Below, piece by piece: positions 1 through 9,187 of a DNA stretch of 64,000 nt. The notes below the pieces were generated by a model. It was not told where the DNA came from. It saw only the letters and a program-made list of their open reading frames with translations, and did not search any database. The stretch lies in IMG/VR virus record IMGVR_UViG_3300034072_000926, positions 401,260 through 465,259 of that record, one strand, 5' to 3'. The position numbers and the translations under genes were made by a program. The first letter of the stretch is position 1. Every line of letters begins with the position of its first letter.

Positions 1-23
1 CAAACAGGAGGGAGTCAACCTGT

Positions 24-386
24 TTATTCGGAACACCAGCTTATTAACATCAAAGTCTTAATTTGCTTCAAATGCTCTTTCGTTACCTTAATTTCTGGCG
101 CATAATGATTCCAGCCGTCACCGCCAACGCCGCCGACACCTCCGCCAATCCGCACCATCGATCGATCTCCTAGCATCTTTAGCAAATCGATGTCATTAAC
201 CACCCCTAAAGTATTGCTTTCGAAATTATTTCCTTTGCTCTCATATTTTACGGGAATCACGCTGCTAACCAATAAACGTCGGTTATTGCTATATCTGATC
301 GATATACCGTAATGGTCACGCAGCAGCTTGTTAATAACCCGGAGACCGGCATTATCAATAATTCGGGCTTCAATGCGCTTATCCAT
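24..386 (-). CDS. hypothetical protein
   Basis: 120-aa ORF in the co-directional minus-strand run; no family recognised. Confidence 0.6.
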   Translation of the reverse strand: MDKRIEARIIDNAGLRVINKLLRDHYGISIRYSNNRRLLVSSVIPVKYESKGNNFESNTLGVVNDIDLLKMLGDRSMVRIGGGVGGVGGDGWNHYAPEIKVTKEHLKQIKTLMLISWCSE

Positions 387-496
387 TTTTCGATCTCCAG
401 TTTGCTTTATTGCCTATAAAAAGACAATAGCACAAACTGGATTTCGTGCAACCAAAAAGTCACCAAAACTCAATAAAAACGGAAAGATTTTGATGT

Positions 497-1297
497 TTAT
501 CGGGAGCCTGAGAGCTTCATCATGAGCGCCGTGTCCTTCAGGGTCATGGGCATTTTCATGATCTTCTGGGTCGAGTTTTCCTCAAGCGGAATGCGGAGCA
601 TTTCGCCATCACCACAAGCTTCAACCAATACCCGGATCTCATCCGCGTAACCCTTGACTACACCTACATCGAGACCCTCGCCATAGAGCTTCGCAACGAC
701 CACAAGGTCGCCAATGTTGACTTCCTGATCGAGTCGATCAAAGAACGTCAATGGACGAACGTCCTCATTGAATGCGTAGACTTCACCACCCTGGTAATCG
801 ATCAGGATGGAAACAGAATCGTCCACACCACTAGCCATATAGCCGGGATAGATCGTGCCGTCCATCATGCGAATCGGAGTAGATCCTGAAAAGGAATACC
901 ACCGCAAATAGCGAGGCGCACGAGTATAAGCGTATTTCTTAGACTTGTTATAGGTTTCCCACGAGGAAAGGTGATAGTTGGTATTTTGAATGGTGACTTC
1001 GTTGACCAAGAAACGCCAACCAGTATGGTCTTTGTCATTTGTCGTGGCACGGAATATCGAACCCTTGTTGATCCCCCGATTGAGTTTCAGCCACACAAAG
1101 GGCTTCTTAACCTCTGCGATAAGGAGATCGATATTTGCTTCGCGCTCGGCCAGCTTCTTCAGATCACCCGCAGTAAGGGGATTATTGTTTGATAACGTGG
1201 AGGGGATAACGTCGTCATCGAAAGCGAATACGCTAGTGGATTTGAGCTTGATTTCTTTCATATAGGTGGGATAATAGGCTACCCCACCTATAGTCAA
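497..1297 (-). CDS. hypothetical protein with C-terminal AxxMKL motif
   Basis: 266-aa ORF ending DTALMMKLSGSR. Confidence 0.7.
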   Translation of the reverse strand: MTIGGVAYYPTYMKEIKLKSTSVFAFDDDVIPSTLSNNNPLTAGDLKKLAEREANIDLLIAEVKKPFVWLKLNRGINKGSIFRATTNDKDHTGWRFLVNEVTIQNTNYHLSSWETYNKSKKYAYTRAPRYLRWYSFSGSTPIRMMDGTIYPGYMASGVDDSVSILIDYQGGEVYAFNEDVRPLTFFDRLDQEVNIGDLVVVAKLYGEGLDVGVVKGYADEIRVLVEACGDGEMLRIPLEENSTQKIMKMPMTLKDTALMMKLSGSR

Positions 1298-1305
1298 TAT
1301 TCACA

Positions 1306-1974
1306 TCATTTGGGTTCGAGACGGAAGTCCGGATCGCCAAATTCGTTGTAGAAATGAATGCCCCAGGTATCCAGCTCACTCTCAGGAATGAGCTCAAATG
1401 ACTTCTTAGAGTCAACATAGCGATGATAGGAAGGACGACCATCGGCATTAAAGTCAGTGCGCTTCTTAAACGCTATCCGACTGATTTCTGTATTGGCTCT
1501 TGCCTTTCGAGCCTCGAGGATCCGTGCCTTTGCCGGTTCAAGATCAGTTCCTGGTTCGACATAGAATCCATAATGAAGACCCTCTCGACAACCCTCCGGT
1601 TGCCAATAGACCATTTCATATTTAGGAGGCCAAGGCAATCCCGCTTCTAACCTTTCAGCCTTCATCTTCGCAACTTCAAGGTGTCGCTCGACACGATGCT
1701 CAGGAAGCTGGAAGTTATATCGTTTGGCAACCTTGATAGCTGCGCCATAGTTGGCGTAACTTCCAAAGGAGGTCACGGACATAGCCTCGTTGACTTCCCG
1801 GTCCTCTTGGCTGATCCCGTGTGGGTCGACTTTCGCTCGATGCGCGTAATATTCTGGCCAGGTCATCGGTGGCAGCTTTTCGGGCTGCGACTTCGCGAGC
1901 GATTCGTTCTCGCCCTTTGATGGTTTTGGCTTTGCGGGCTTTCCGCTTGAGTCGTTCGGGTTCTCTTTCGTCAT
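1306..1974 (-). CDS. hypothetical protein (start uncertain)
   Basis: 222-aa ORF; 5' part overlaps the next ORF by 260 nt, so the true start is probably internal. Confidence 0.55.
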   Translation of the reverse strand: MTKENPNDSSGKPAKPKPSKGENESLAKSQPEKLPPMTWPEYYAHRAKVDPHGISQEDREVNEAMSVTSFGSYANYGAAIKVAKRYNFQLPEHRVERHLEVAKMKAERLEAGLPWPPKYEMVYWQPEGCREGLHYGFYVEPGTDLEPAKARILEARKARANTEISRIAFKKRTDFNADGRPSYHRYVDSKKSFELIPESELDTWGIHFYNEFGDPDFRLEPK

Positions 1975-2338
1975 ACCATTTCATAACTTTTGGGTTAATA
2001 TCTGTCAAGCCGAGATACTTGCGAGCCCGGCCATCCTTCTCGATCGCTGACTCTAGGAACTCAAGAGGCATGACTGTGAAGAAGAATCTCTTGTCCGAGT
2101 TGTAGAACGCGAGAACTTTACCCTTAGACGTATCAAGAAGCCACCATGTCTTAGTCAGCGATTTACGTCCAATGAATCCCTTCCCACTTGTTATGAGGTC
2201 CGGTAGGGCTTTCCATTCTTCATGAGAGATTACAAAATTATATCGCTGGAAGATTCGTTCGTTAAAATGCCGCCATGCTGATTTAGAGGTCCATCCTTTA
2301 CCGGGCATAACCCCACTCATCATAAGAGTTTGCTTCAA
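1715..2338 (-). CDS. hypothetical protein
   Basis: 207-aa basic ORF, protein-like composition. Confidence 0.6.
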   Translation of the reverse strand: MKQTLMMSGVMPGKGWTSKSAWRHFNERIFQRYNFVISHEEWKALPDLITSGKGFIGRKSLTKTWWLLDTSKGKVLAFYNSDKRFFFTVMPLEFLESAIEKDGRARKYLGLTDINPKVMKWYDEREPERLKRKARKAKTIKGRERIAREVAARKAATDDLARILRASSESRPTRDQPRGPGSQRGYVRDLLWKLRQLWRSYQGCQTI

Positions 2339-2699
2339 CGCAGGAACGATCCTGATCGAGTTGCCATCCCTTTACGGGGAGAATGAAGCCATAGTGGGGA
2401 GAAGCTGTTCGATCGTCAATTCGATAACGAGTAGCATTGGAAGGAAAGAAGTCCCAGAACTTCAAGGATCGCTCTTCGCCGTGGAACCGACAGATCAAAT
2501 CGGCCAACATGAGGAAGCTGCGGGCATTTTGCCCCGAGACGCCCCTGTGACGCTCTCTGAGCTGATACGCATAGTCTGCGTAGGGCGTGGGCGCCCGACC
2601 GATCATTGCGTTCTTATAGGCCGTCTCTGCTGCTTCGAAGGATGGCGAATCCCATCCACTCCGAGGCATTGCATCTTCTATGTATTTTTGCGAAGTCAT
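2298..2699 (-). CDS. hypothetical protein
   Basis: 133-aa ORF; TTGAGGACTGC SD-like sequence upstream. Confidence 0.6.
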   Translation of the reverse strand: MTSQKYIEDAMPRSGWDSPSFEAAETAYKNAMIGRAPTPYADYAYQLRERHRGVSGQNARSFLMLADLICRFHGEERSLKFWDFFPSNATRYRIDDRTASPHYGFILPVKGWQLDQDRSCVEANSYDEWGYAR

Positions 2700-2825
2700 G
2701 CAGTCCTCAAGTCTGGTATCACAACTCCATATAGGACAAATACACCAAGGACAAGAGTAAGAATAGACCCAATCATACCGAACTCCTAAAGTGACAAATT
2801 ACCACCTATCCTGTAAACTGGCAGG

Positions 2826-3389
2826 ATGTCTAAGTGGGAATATGTTCTGTTCGATCTGGAGTGCAACGGGTTCAAGCCAGATAAGATTTGGGTCATCTGT
2901 ATGATTGACCTAATCACCCGTGAGCGCAAGAGCTTCGTTGGTATGGAAGCCATAGCAGAAGCTATCATGATCTTGCAAGACGCAAAGTTACTCGTCGGCC
3001 ACAATATCAAGACCTTCGACGTTAGGGTGATTGAGAAGATCATGGAGGGCGCAGTGTCGTTTGACCGCGATCGTGTTCTCGATACACTCTATTTGAGCAA
3101 GGCGCTTGTGAAGATGGACAATCATCGCCTCGAGGCATGGGGCGAGATCCTAGGCGTGCCAAAACTTGATACGCCGTTTGGATGGTTCAAGTTTGATCCA
3201 CGTATGGTTCCCTATTGCGAACGCGACGTGGATCTAAACCTTGAGGTGTTCTTGGCTCTTTGGGCCCTAATGGAACAGAGACACGGTCAGAAAATACCAC
3301 CTAAGTGGAAGATGTTGACCGAGTTTAAGGAATCAGTTGCGGCTCATCAATCCCAAGCCGCCGGAGATCTTGCCGTCCTTAAGGGTTAA
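2826..3389 (+). CDS. stand-alone DEDD 3'-5' exonuclease resembling the T7-type DNA polymerase proofreading domain
   Basis: ExoI FDLE, ExoII GHNIKTFD, LDTLYLSK, HRLEAWG, ExoIII YCERD motifs. Confidence 0.85.
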   Translation: MSKWEYVLFDLECNGFKPDKIWVICMIDLITRERKSFVGMEAIAEAIMILQDAKLLVGHNIKTFDVRVIEKIMEGAVSFDRDRVLDTLYLSKALVKMDNHRLEAWGEILGVPKLDTPFGWFKFDPRMVPYCERDVDLNLEVFLALWALMEQRHGQKIPPKWKMLTEFKESVAAHQSQAAGDLAVLKG

Positions 3390-3743
3390 ATCCTGCAGAC
3401 GGGCAGGTCGCCACGAATTGTGCTGATATGCTCCGTCGTAGACCATCAGGACGAGTTGCCATCCGAACATACTGCGGCGAGGAGCAAAGCAGATAGGAAG
3501 TTCTCCAGCCTCTTTGGGTTCAAGCAGAGTGGACAGGCTCATCGTGCTCAGATGCTCGAGAGTCACATTGTGCCAGTTCTTCCCAATCTCAACCCATTTA
3601 CTCGGAGACATGAAGAAGGTTTTGTATTCTTCGACCTTCTTCTCAGCCTGAAGGATGATGACCGGATCCTTGAACCAGCGAGACTTGAGGGCGAAACGAT
3701 ACCGACCAGTGTGAGTGGAACGATAGTTAGAACCTTCAGACAT
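3333..3743 (-). CDS. hypothetical protein with two internal W-x-x-(A/V)-x-L-x-(D/H)-L repeats
   Basis: WHNVTLEHL and WRPARLQDL in a 136-aa ORF. Confidence 0.55.
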   Translation of the reverse strand: MSEGSNYRSTHTGRYRFALKSRWFKDPVIILQAEKKVEEYKTFFMSPSKWVEIGKNWHNVTLEHLSTMSLSTLLEPKEAGELPICFAPRRSMFGWQLVLMVYDGAYQHNSWRPARLQDLTLKDGKISGGLGLMSRN

Positions 3744-4119
3744 TGTCGTCTGCCAGTGTCAACATTGCAGCGCGCTGCTCTTCGGTCAGATTGTGATCCT
3801 TGACGAGAGTGTTGAGACGATCCCAGATGTTTCGCTGGATCTCGTAAACGCTCTGAACGAACCGTCCGCCCTCCTTCAGAACGATAGATTCCCACCACAT
3901 GAAATCGGTCACGGTGAGTTCCAGACGATATTCCTTCTCGACCTTGTTCCCAACTGTGGTCGGGACACTGATGCTCTTGAAGCTCTTGGCCACATCGTCA
4001 GGGACGATCTTGACCAGTTCACGGTAAAATTCCATGAACTGCTGGTGTTCCTCAGTCTCCTTCTGGCGAGCACCGGTGATGATGGCAATGAGGGACTTAA
4101 AAGCATTGAAGGGAATCAT
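3736..4119 (-). CDS. hypothetical protein
   Basis: 127-aa ORF coupled to neighbours by short overlaps. Confidence 0.6.
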   Translation of the reverse strand: MIPFNAFKSLIAIITGARQKETEEHQQFMEFYRELVKIVPDDVAKSFKSISVPTTVGNKVEKEYRLELTVTDFMWWESIVLKEGGRFVQSVYEIQRNIWDRLNTLVKDHNLTEEQRAAMLTLADDNV

Positions 4120-4712
4120 TCAACAATCTCCACAATGGCGCGCTTCTTACGAGGGCCAAGTTCGTGTCTACCAAGTTCGAGGGGCTTATCCCAACCGTTC
4201 TTGCGAGCCTGAGCCACAGACGGGAAGAAACCCAAGTCCACCATGAGGTGAGCCATTAGGGTCTTGTTCTGCGCCTGCATGTCCGCGATGCTGATACGGT
4301 CGGCTTTGCGCTGGGGATCGCCGTTGCTGTCAATATCCCACCAGCCTATCTTCTCACCACGTTTGATGCCCTCGCGAGCCTGTAGCTTGACTTGACCGAG
4401 CCAATCTTCTTTGGTTCGAGGCTCTCCGGATTGGAACCAACCCCAAAAACCCCAGTCATCATCGCGGATAACCTCGAAGGTCTTGTCGCCGAATGTGAAC
4501 TGACCGCGCAATGGCATAAAGTCGCCATCTTCCACGATAGTTTCATCCACACCTGGATCGGGAACAATCACACCGTGGGACTCGTGAATCTCATGGACCT
4601 TCGTCTCAATGAGATGACCCATCCACCACACTTCTTCCTCTTCAAGACGAAGGGTCTTGAATTCAACGAAGCCGGGCTGAATAGCCGTGCCGGAAGGGAA
4701 TAGAACTTTCAT
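4116..4712 (-). CDS. hypothetical protein with S4-like C-terminal motif
   Basis: MAHLMVDLGFFPSVAQARKNGW resembles the S4 RNA-binding helix of TyrRS C-termini; TTGACA promoter upstream. Confidence 0.6.
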   Translation of the reverse strand: MKVLFPSGTAIQPGFVEFKTLRLEEEEVWWMGHLIETKVHEIHESHGVIVPDPGVDETIVEDGDFMPLRGQFTFGDKTFEVIRDDDWGFWGWFQSGEPRTKEDWLGQVKLQAREGIKRGEKIGWWDIDSNGDPQRKADRISIADMQAQNKTLMAHLMVDLGFFPSVAQARKNGWDKPLELGRHELGPRKKRAIVEIVE

Positions 4713-4751
4713 ATGTCTGCCCTATAGTTAAGCAGGTGAGATGTCAACCGA

Positions 4752-5120
4752 TTAAATCCAGGGCTTGAGACCCTTAAGGATGTCTTCACGATCCTTTGGA
4801 TCAATAGGTCCGATGCCAAGTGCGGTAATCATCGGGCGAGGGAAGACAGTCTTCCCTGCATCCTTAATAAGAGCCACACCATATTTGTCCTTGTAGAGAC
4901 GACTCAGCTTGTGGAGGGTTTCTTCATCGGCAACGAGACAAACCTTGGCTACTATGCCAGAGTCCCGATAAGCCTTGACAACATCTGGGAAGCGATCCAA
5001 AGCGTCAAAGACAGCCTCAGTGTAGGCGTGCCCGATCTGAGCACCCATCTTGCCACGATTGCCCTTGGACTCCTGAACAGCTTCCTTGCTCACAATACAG
5101 TAGAGTTTAAGTTCAGACAT
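4752..5120 (-). CDS. pth2: peptidyl-tRNA hydrolase, Pth2 family
   Basis: GKMGAQIGHA, KVCL, IKDAGKTVF, TALGIGP motifs. Confidence 0.88.
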   Translation of the reverse strand: MSELKLYCIVSKEAVQESKGNRGKMGAQIGHAYTEAVFDALDRFPDVVKAYRDSGIVAKVCLVADEETLHKLSRLYKDKYGVALIKDAGKTVFPRPMITALGIGPIDPKDREDILKGLKPWI

Positions 5121-5415
5121 TCTCTAATTTCCATACCATTGCTGCTGCTCGACCGTTATCTCTAGCCAGCACATAAATGGTGGTATAGAAGATAGCTTCG
5201 TTGGTTGCCTTCATGATACGGCCGAGTTTCGAGTCTCCTTGGCGAATAATATCCGCTTCGGGAAAAATCCCAAAAGTTGCTAAGAAATCATCGAGACTTC
5301 CTTGAATAGCAAGCTCATGAGTATCCGAAAACGTGAATCCCTGACTATTATTGGTGAGAGATTTCACATAATCGCGCTTCTTTTCGGCACGATCTTCAAG
5401 TTCTGATAGTGTCAT
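5113..5415 (-). CDS. hypothetical protein
   Basis: 100-aa ORF ending AAAMVWKLENV; TTGATT-N17-TATAGT promoter upstream. Confidence 0.65.
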   Translation of the reverse strand: MTLSELEDRAEKKRDYVKSLTNNSQGFTFSDTHELAIQGSLDDFLATFGIFPEADIIRQGDSKLGRIMKATNEAIFYTTIYVLARDNGRAAAMVWKLENV

Positions 5416-5446
5416 GCCTTACTATAGCGCAAGGTAGAACAGTTAA

Positions 5447-5602
5447 TCAATTTTTAAGGAAGGCACAAGCTATCTTGCAACAGGAGCCACACTTGACTGC
5501 GCAGCCGAGGATCGAATATGCTTCATGAGGGCTTTTGGCGCCTGCTGCCTTAGCCTTTGCGAGTTTCGTTTCGTTGATATTATTGCAGGAACAAACGATC
5601 AT
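5447..5602 (-). CDS. bfd: Bfd-like (2Fe-2S)-binding ferredoxin, 51 aa
   Basis: Not in ORF track; translates MIVCSCNNINETKLAKAKAAGAKSPHEAYSILGCAVKCGSCCKIACAFLKN with CxC...CxxC; GAGGTG SD. Confidence 0.82.
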   Translation of the reverse strand: MIVCSCNNINETKLAKAKAAGAKSPHEAYSILGCAVKCGSCCKIACAFLKN

Positions 5603-5643
5603 ATTCACCTCATCTCATATTTACATGAAATGAAAGGTGGTTG

Positions 5644-5931
5644 TCAAGCCAAGGTAAGGCGCAAAAGAACAGCTGATTGAACACCGTGCTTCTTCGCGTG
5701 ATAGAACACCTGCCCGTCACGCTCGAACTGTTCGATGAGTGCGTGGTATTCACTCTCAAAGCGTTGCCAAGACCTATTGCCCGGATCGCCGAAACCAGTC
5801 ATGTAGTCATGTGCAAGAGTCCACGTCTCTCGCATATTGCGATCGGTTGCACGATGTCCCATTTTGATATGATACATCTTAAGAGCTTCGAATGATGCCT
5901 TCATTCGTTCCCGTAGATCGTCAATAGTCAT
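5644..5931 (-). CDS. hypothetical protein, paralog of 5921-6196
   Basis: shares VFYHAKKHG(V/L)QSA(V/M)LL(R/K)L tail and MTxxDLRE start. Confidence 0.7.
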   Translation of the reverse strand: MTIDDLRERMKASFEALKMYHIKMGHRATDRNMRETWTLAHDYMTGFGDPGNRSWQRFESEYHALIEQFERDGQVFYHAKKHGVQSAVLLRLTLA

Positions 5932-6196
5932 TGGAAAGCTTCAACAGCATAGCTGATTGCAACCCATGCTTCTTTGCATGATAGAAGACGTCTCCGGCAC
6001 GAACAAGTCGTGTCGCAATGTCTCGATACTGGGCGGTAATATTTGGCGACTTTACAACAACCTTCTTGCAAAAGGCATAATGCTCACGCATTGATTTATT
6101 GCGTACGCCATTTGGAGGATTCATCGACTCACGATAAGCGGAATACTCAGCAAAGACCCTCTTGAGGTCCTCACGTAGATCATTCAGGGTCGTCAT
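5921..6196 (-). CDS. hypothetical protein, paralog of 5644-5931
   Basis: same shared C-terminal block. Confidence 0.7.
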   Translation of the reverse strand: MTTLNDLREDLKRVFAEYSAYRESMNPPNGVRNKSMREHYAFCKKVVVKSPNITAQYRDIATRLVRAGDVFYHAKKHGLQSAMLLKLSNDY

Positions 6197-6480
6197 AGTT
6201 TGCCAGTCATCCTTAGACGCTTGGCACGACGATAGGCCCAGGAACGAAACTTCTTCAGCTTTGCATCACGAGCAATCCAGTTCTTAGTCAGTCGGACCTT
6301 CTCACGATCATACGGGAAGGTTGCCTGCTTCACTCTCTCATATTCTTCCTTAGAAGGGAAGGCGCAGCTATAACGACCGTGGGGACGACGTTCCTCGACA
6401 ATCTTCCAGAACCGCCGGAGATAGTCCTGTCGATTCCACCGAATTAAAGTCTGAGCAATCGAAAGCGGTGTAAGCGTCAC
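6193..6480 (-). CDS. hypothetical basic protein
   Basis: 95-aa ORF, 4-nt overlap with next gene. Confidence 0.6.
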   Translation of the reverse strand: MTLTPLSIAQTLIRWNRQDYLRRFWKIVEERRPHGRYSCAFPSKEEYERVKQATFPYDREKVRLTKNWIARDAKLKKFRSWAYRRAKRLRMTGKL

Positions 6481-6484
6481 AGAT

Positions 6485-6694
6485 TTATCCGTCTAATTTA
6501 TGGGCCAATACATCAGCTTGTTCAGCCAGATTGAGCGCACCGAACTTTGTCCATAGCGCGGCCTTCTGAAGCGAGTCAACACCTTTTTGACCCATCTTCT
6601 CAAGTTCAGACATGGGAAGATTGCGAATGCTCGCAATGATCACGCCTTCACTATCAAGGGTCAAATCGATCGTTATGACGGGTTTATCGCTCAC
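6485..6694 (-). CDS. hypothetical protein
   Basis: 69-aa ORF (GTG start) in tight gene run. Confidence 0.55.
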   Translation of the reverse strand: MSDKPVITIDLTLDSEGVIIASIRNLPMSELEKMGQKGVDSLQKAALWTKFGALNLAEQADVLAHKLDG

Positions 6695-6960
6695 TTCTTA
6701 TCCTTCGCTCTAGCCTGCCTGTCAGACTTCACAGCCTGCACTATAGCGTGATAGAGGAACTTCTCCAAGCCTGCACGTGGCGCATCCTTGAAGCCGTCTC
6801 GGATGGCCCTCTTTACCTCATCTGGAATACCATCCTCACCGAATTTTGCACCCTTGGATACCCAGGCCGCATACTCGATCTGAGCAATCGCAACATCAAG
6901 GAGATCAGCGTCTGGCTTATCTTGGAAGCCTTCGAGCAAAGGATGGTCGCGATATTCCAT
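6691..6960 (-). CDS. hypothetical protein
   Basis: 89-aa ORF in tight gene run. Confidence 0.6.
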   Translation of the reverse strand: MEYRDHPLLEGFQDKPDADLLDVAIAQIEYAAWVSKGAKFGEDGIPDEVKRAIRDGFKDAPRAGLEKFLYHAIVQAVKSDRQARAKDKK

Positions 6961-7196
6961 TACCGAGCCTTATTCTTGAGCATCGTTTCGAGGAACTGGA
7001 TCTTCAGCTTCGGAGCGCGAGCCGGCGTAGCCATCTTGGGCTTGCTGGAGACCACCGGACGGATGCGAGCAGTCATCCCGGTCGCGTAAGCGTCTTCCAT
7101 CAACTGGGCGCGCTCTGCTGCGGTCATCGGGGCCAGGGTTGCTGCGGCTGCTGCAATCACGATCGAAAACATCTGTATCTCCTTGTTGTCTTGCAA
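6960..7196 (-). CDS. hypothetical protein with signal-peptide-like N-terminus
   Basis: MFSIVIAAAAATLAP after AAGGAG SD; true start probably the internal Met. Confidence 0.55.
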   Translation of the reverse strand: MQDNKEIQMFSIVIAAAAATLAPMTAAERAQLMEDAYATGMTARIRPVVSSKPKMATPARAPKLKIQFLETMLKNKAR

Positions 7197-7243
7197 CCTG
7201 GTATATAGGTTTTCAACAAGGAGTCAACACCTAATCTCCTGAA

Positions 7244-7468
7244 TCACGCATAGATGGTTTCGCTGACCGTCCAGTCGTTTTCGTTGCACCACTGTTCTGC
7301 CTCAGCAAGATCACCTGCCTTGTAGAGATAGTCGTAATTGTCGTCCTTGAGACCATAGCGGAGATTCTCAAGTGAATCGTCCTCCTCCATGATGTCCTCA
7401 AATACGTTTGAGAACAGGACGAATACCGCGCCGTCACAATCGACAAGGGTCGCAGGTTTATCCGACAT
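7244..7468 (-). CDS. hypothetical acidic protein
   Basis: 74-aa ORF, GAGGAG SD. Confidence 0.6.
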   Translation of the reverse strand: MSDKPATLVDCDGAVFVLFSNVFEDIMEEDDSLENLRYGLKDDNYDYLYKAGDLAEAEQWCNENDWTVSETIYA

Positions 7469-7979
7469 TCACGTTCTCCTCAAAGAACTGGTTCGCGTCC
7501 TCGACATAGCGGAAAGCATAGAGGATGCCATTTGCGGCGCGCCAGGTGTATCGATGTTCGCTTATCACTTCACTCGGTATCATATCGAAATGCGGAATGA
7601 ACACACAATACCAAGTTGATGCCGAACCTGAACGAGTCGTGACCATACGTTCGGCCCACTTCGGAAGTGAAGCATTTCGCTTCAGATAATCCGACACGCA
7701 TTCACCATGGTGAACGTCGTCCGTTGACAGATTGTCGAGAACTTCCATACGCTCGATTTCAGACTGGACGACGCGCTTGGTAATCTCGAGAGCATTTGGA
7801 TTAGAATGCTCGAGGAACTTCAGCGCAACGGTGTCGGAATTGTAGGGATAGAGTTGAATTCGACGCTGACGATGCAAACGAATGAGCTGAATCGGAGCAT
7901 CAAAGGAAAGATGATATGCGCCTGACCATTTCGATTTGGCTTTTACGCGCTTGTTCAGAAGAATCATACCAACTCCCAA
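7458..7979 (-). CDS. hypothetical protein
   Basis: 173-aa ORF overlapping both neighbours by a few codons. Confidence 0.6.
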   Translation of the reverse strand: MGVGMILLNKRVKAKSKWSGAYHLSFDAPIQLIRLHRQRRIQLYPYNSDTVALKFLEHSNPNALEITKRVVQSEIERMEVLDNLSTDDVHHGECVSDYLKRNASLPKWAERMVTTRSGSASTWYCVFIPHFDMIPSEVISEHRYTWRAANGILYAFRYVEDANQFFEENVNVG

Positions 7980-8599
7980 TCAGAATCCTTAACATCCAGG
8001 CGAGCCGAGAACTTCTCGATCATCACGCTAACATCCTGGAACAACTGCTCGTCACCATCCTTCAGACCGGGCAGCACATCAGCCTTTTCCTGCACCCACT
8101 TGCGGGCAAAACCGGGGTCATTGGCAACAATGCTGGGCATGTTGGACTTGATGTCGGCGAGCTTGACAGTCTGCCGCTCCGGCGTTGCCCGCCAGGCATG
8201 CTCCTTGTCAATGTCCTTCCGAACCTTGCGATTCCCGTCGGACAGCTGACTCACGTCAGTTACCTCGTAGACACCGGTCACAATCTGGCTCGCGACATCA
8301 TCGCCAAACCTCTTGCCGAACGCCTCACGGATATCACCGAGTCCCTTGTGGGTATCCTCAACCACGTCATGCAACAGCGCAACAGCAATCGTCACGGAAT
8401 CGTTGTGCTTGGACAACGACACCATCTTTGCAACTTGGATAGGATGAACCTCATAGTGGGCACCACTATACTTGCGACGCTGGCCTCCCAGCTCAGGGTC
8501 AGGCTTCAGCGCATGATTGCGATGTGCGTCGATCATGAACTCCATCGCAAAAATCACGATGGAATCCTGCATCACGTCATATGTGGTCTCGTTTGTCAT
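7964..8599 (-). CDS. HD-domain protein, RelA/SpoT hydrolase-like (small alarmone hydrolase type)
   Basis: DAH..QRRKYSG..YEVHP, ALLHDVVEDT, VKLADIKSN motifs. Confidence 0.85.
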   Translation of the reverse strand: MTNETTYDVMQDSIVIFAMEFMIDAHRNHALKPDPELGGQRRKYSGAHYEVHPIQVAKMVSLSKHNDSVTIAVALLHDVVEDTHKGLGDIREAFGKRFGDDVASQIVTGVYEVTDVSQLSDGNRKVRKDIDKEHAWRATPERQTVKLADIKSNMPSIVANDPGFARKWVQEKADVLPGLKDGDEQLFQDVSVMIEKFSARLDVKDSDWELV

Positions 8600-8640
8600 G
8601 CTCTGTGCATAACATAGGTGACCTGTTTGTCAACCAAAAG

Positions 8641-9087
8641 TTATCCGACGATTTTCAGGAAATGGTCATTCCATGTCAACTTGAACCAAGCTGCGGTGCT
8701 CTTGTCAAACAATCGTATAATAATGACATGCTGCGATATCACGGGAGCCTTTGCTCCTAAAGCGACAAGATACGAATCCTTGAACTCAACCTCTCGTTTG
8801 TCGACTTTAACCTCAAAGAGAATGTTCATCCCATTAAGCCAAGCAATCGAGGGATGCTTCTTTGCCGCGACTAACCGAGCCCTGTCCCAGCCCTCGGGAT
8901 TTGTTTCAAGACTTCTGATACGACGCAACTCCTCAGAAGCATCGGCTAGCGGCATATTGAGATACTTTGCCTTCTTAAGGAAGTCTCTCTCGAGTTTTTC
9001 GATCTTAACTTTGGGCGGTGGTTTGACGACCGACGAATCTAGGGCGAGAGCAAATTCTATCATTAGCGCCTCCAAGACACGACACAA
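8641..9087 (-). CDS. hypothetical protein
   Basis: 148-aa ORF with AAWFKLTW near the C-terminus. Confidence 0.6.
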   Translation of the reverse strand: MCRVLEALMIEFALALDSSVVKPPPKVKIEKLERDFLKKAKYLNMPLADASEELRRIRSLETNPEGWDRARLVAAKKHPSIAWLNGMNILFEVKVDKREVEFKDSYLVALGAKAPVISQHVIIIRLFDKSTAAWFKLTWNDHFLKIVG

Positions 9088-9187
9088 ATCCTTCCAGAGA
9101 AGCTTATCTGTGCGCTTTGAGTCAAGGTCATCTTCCTTAAATACAGCGTTGCCAGTCTAGAGTCAAGCTGGTAAGATCGGAGGCATA

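Noticed and set aside
1715-1974. Programmed -1 frameshift joining the two overlapping ORFs at CGAAAAG
   Set aside because: The downstream ORF is in the +1 frame; the overlap is more simply a mis-assigned start
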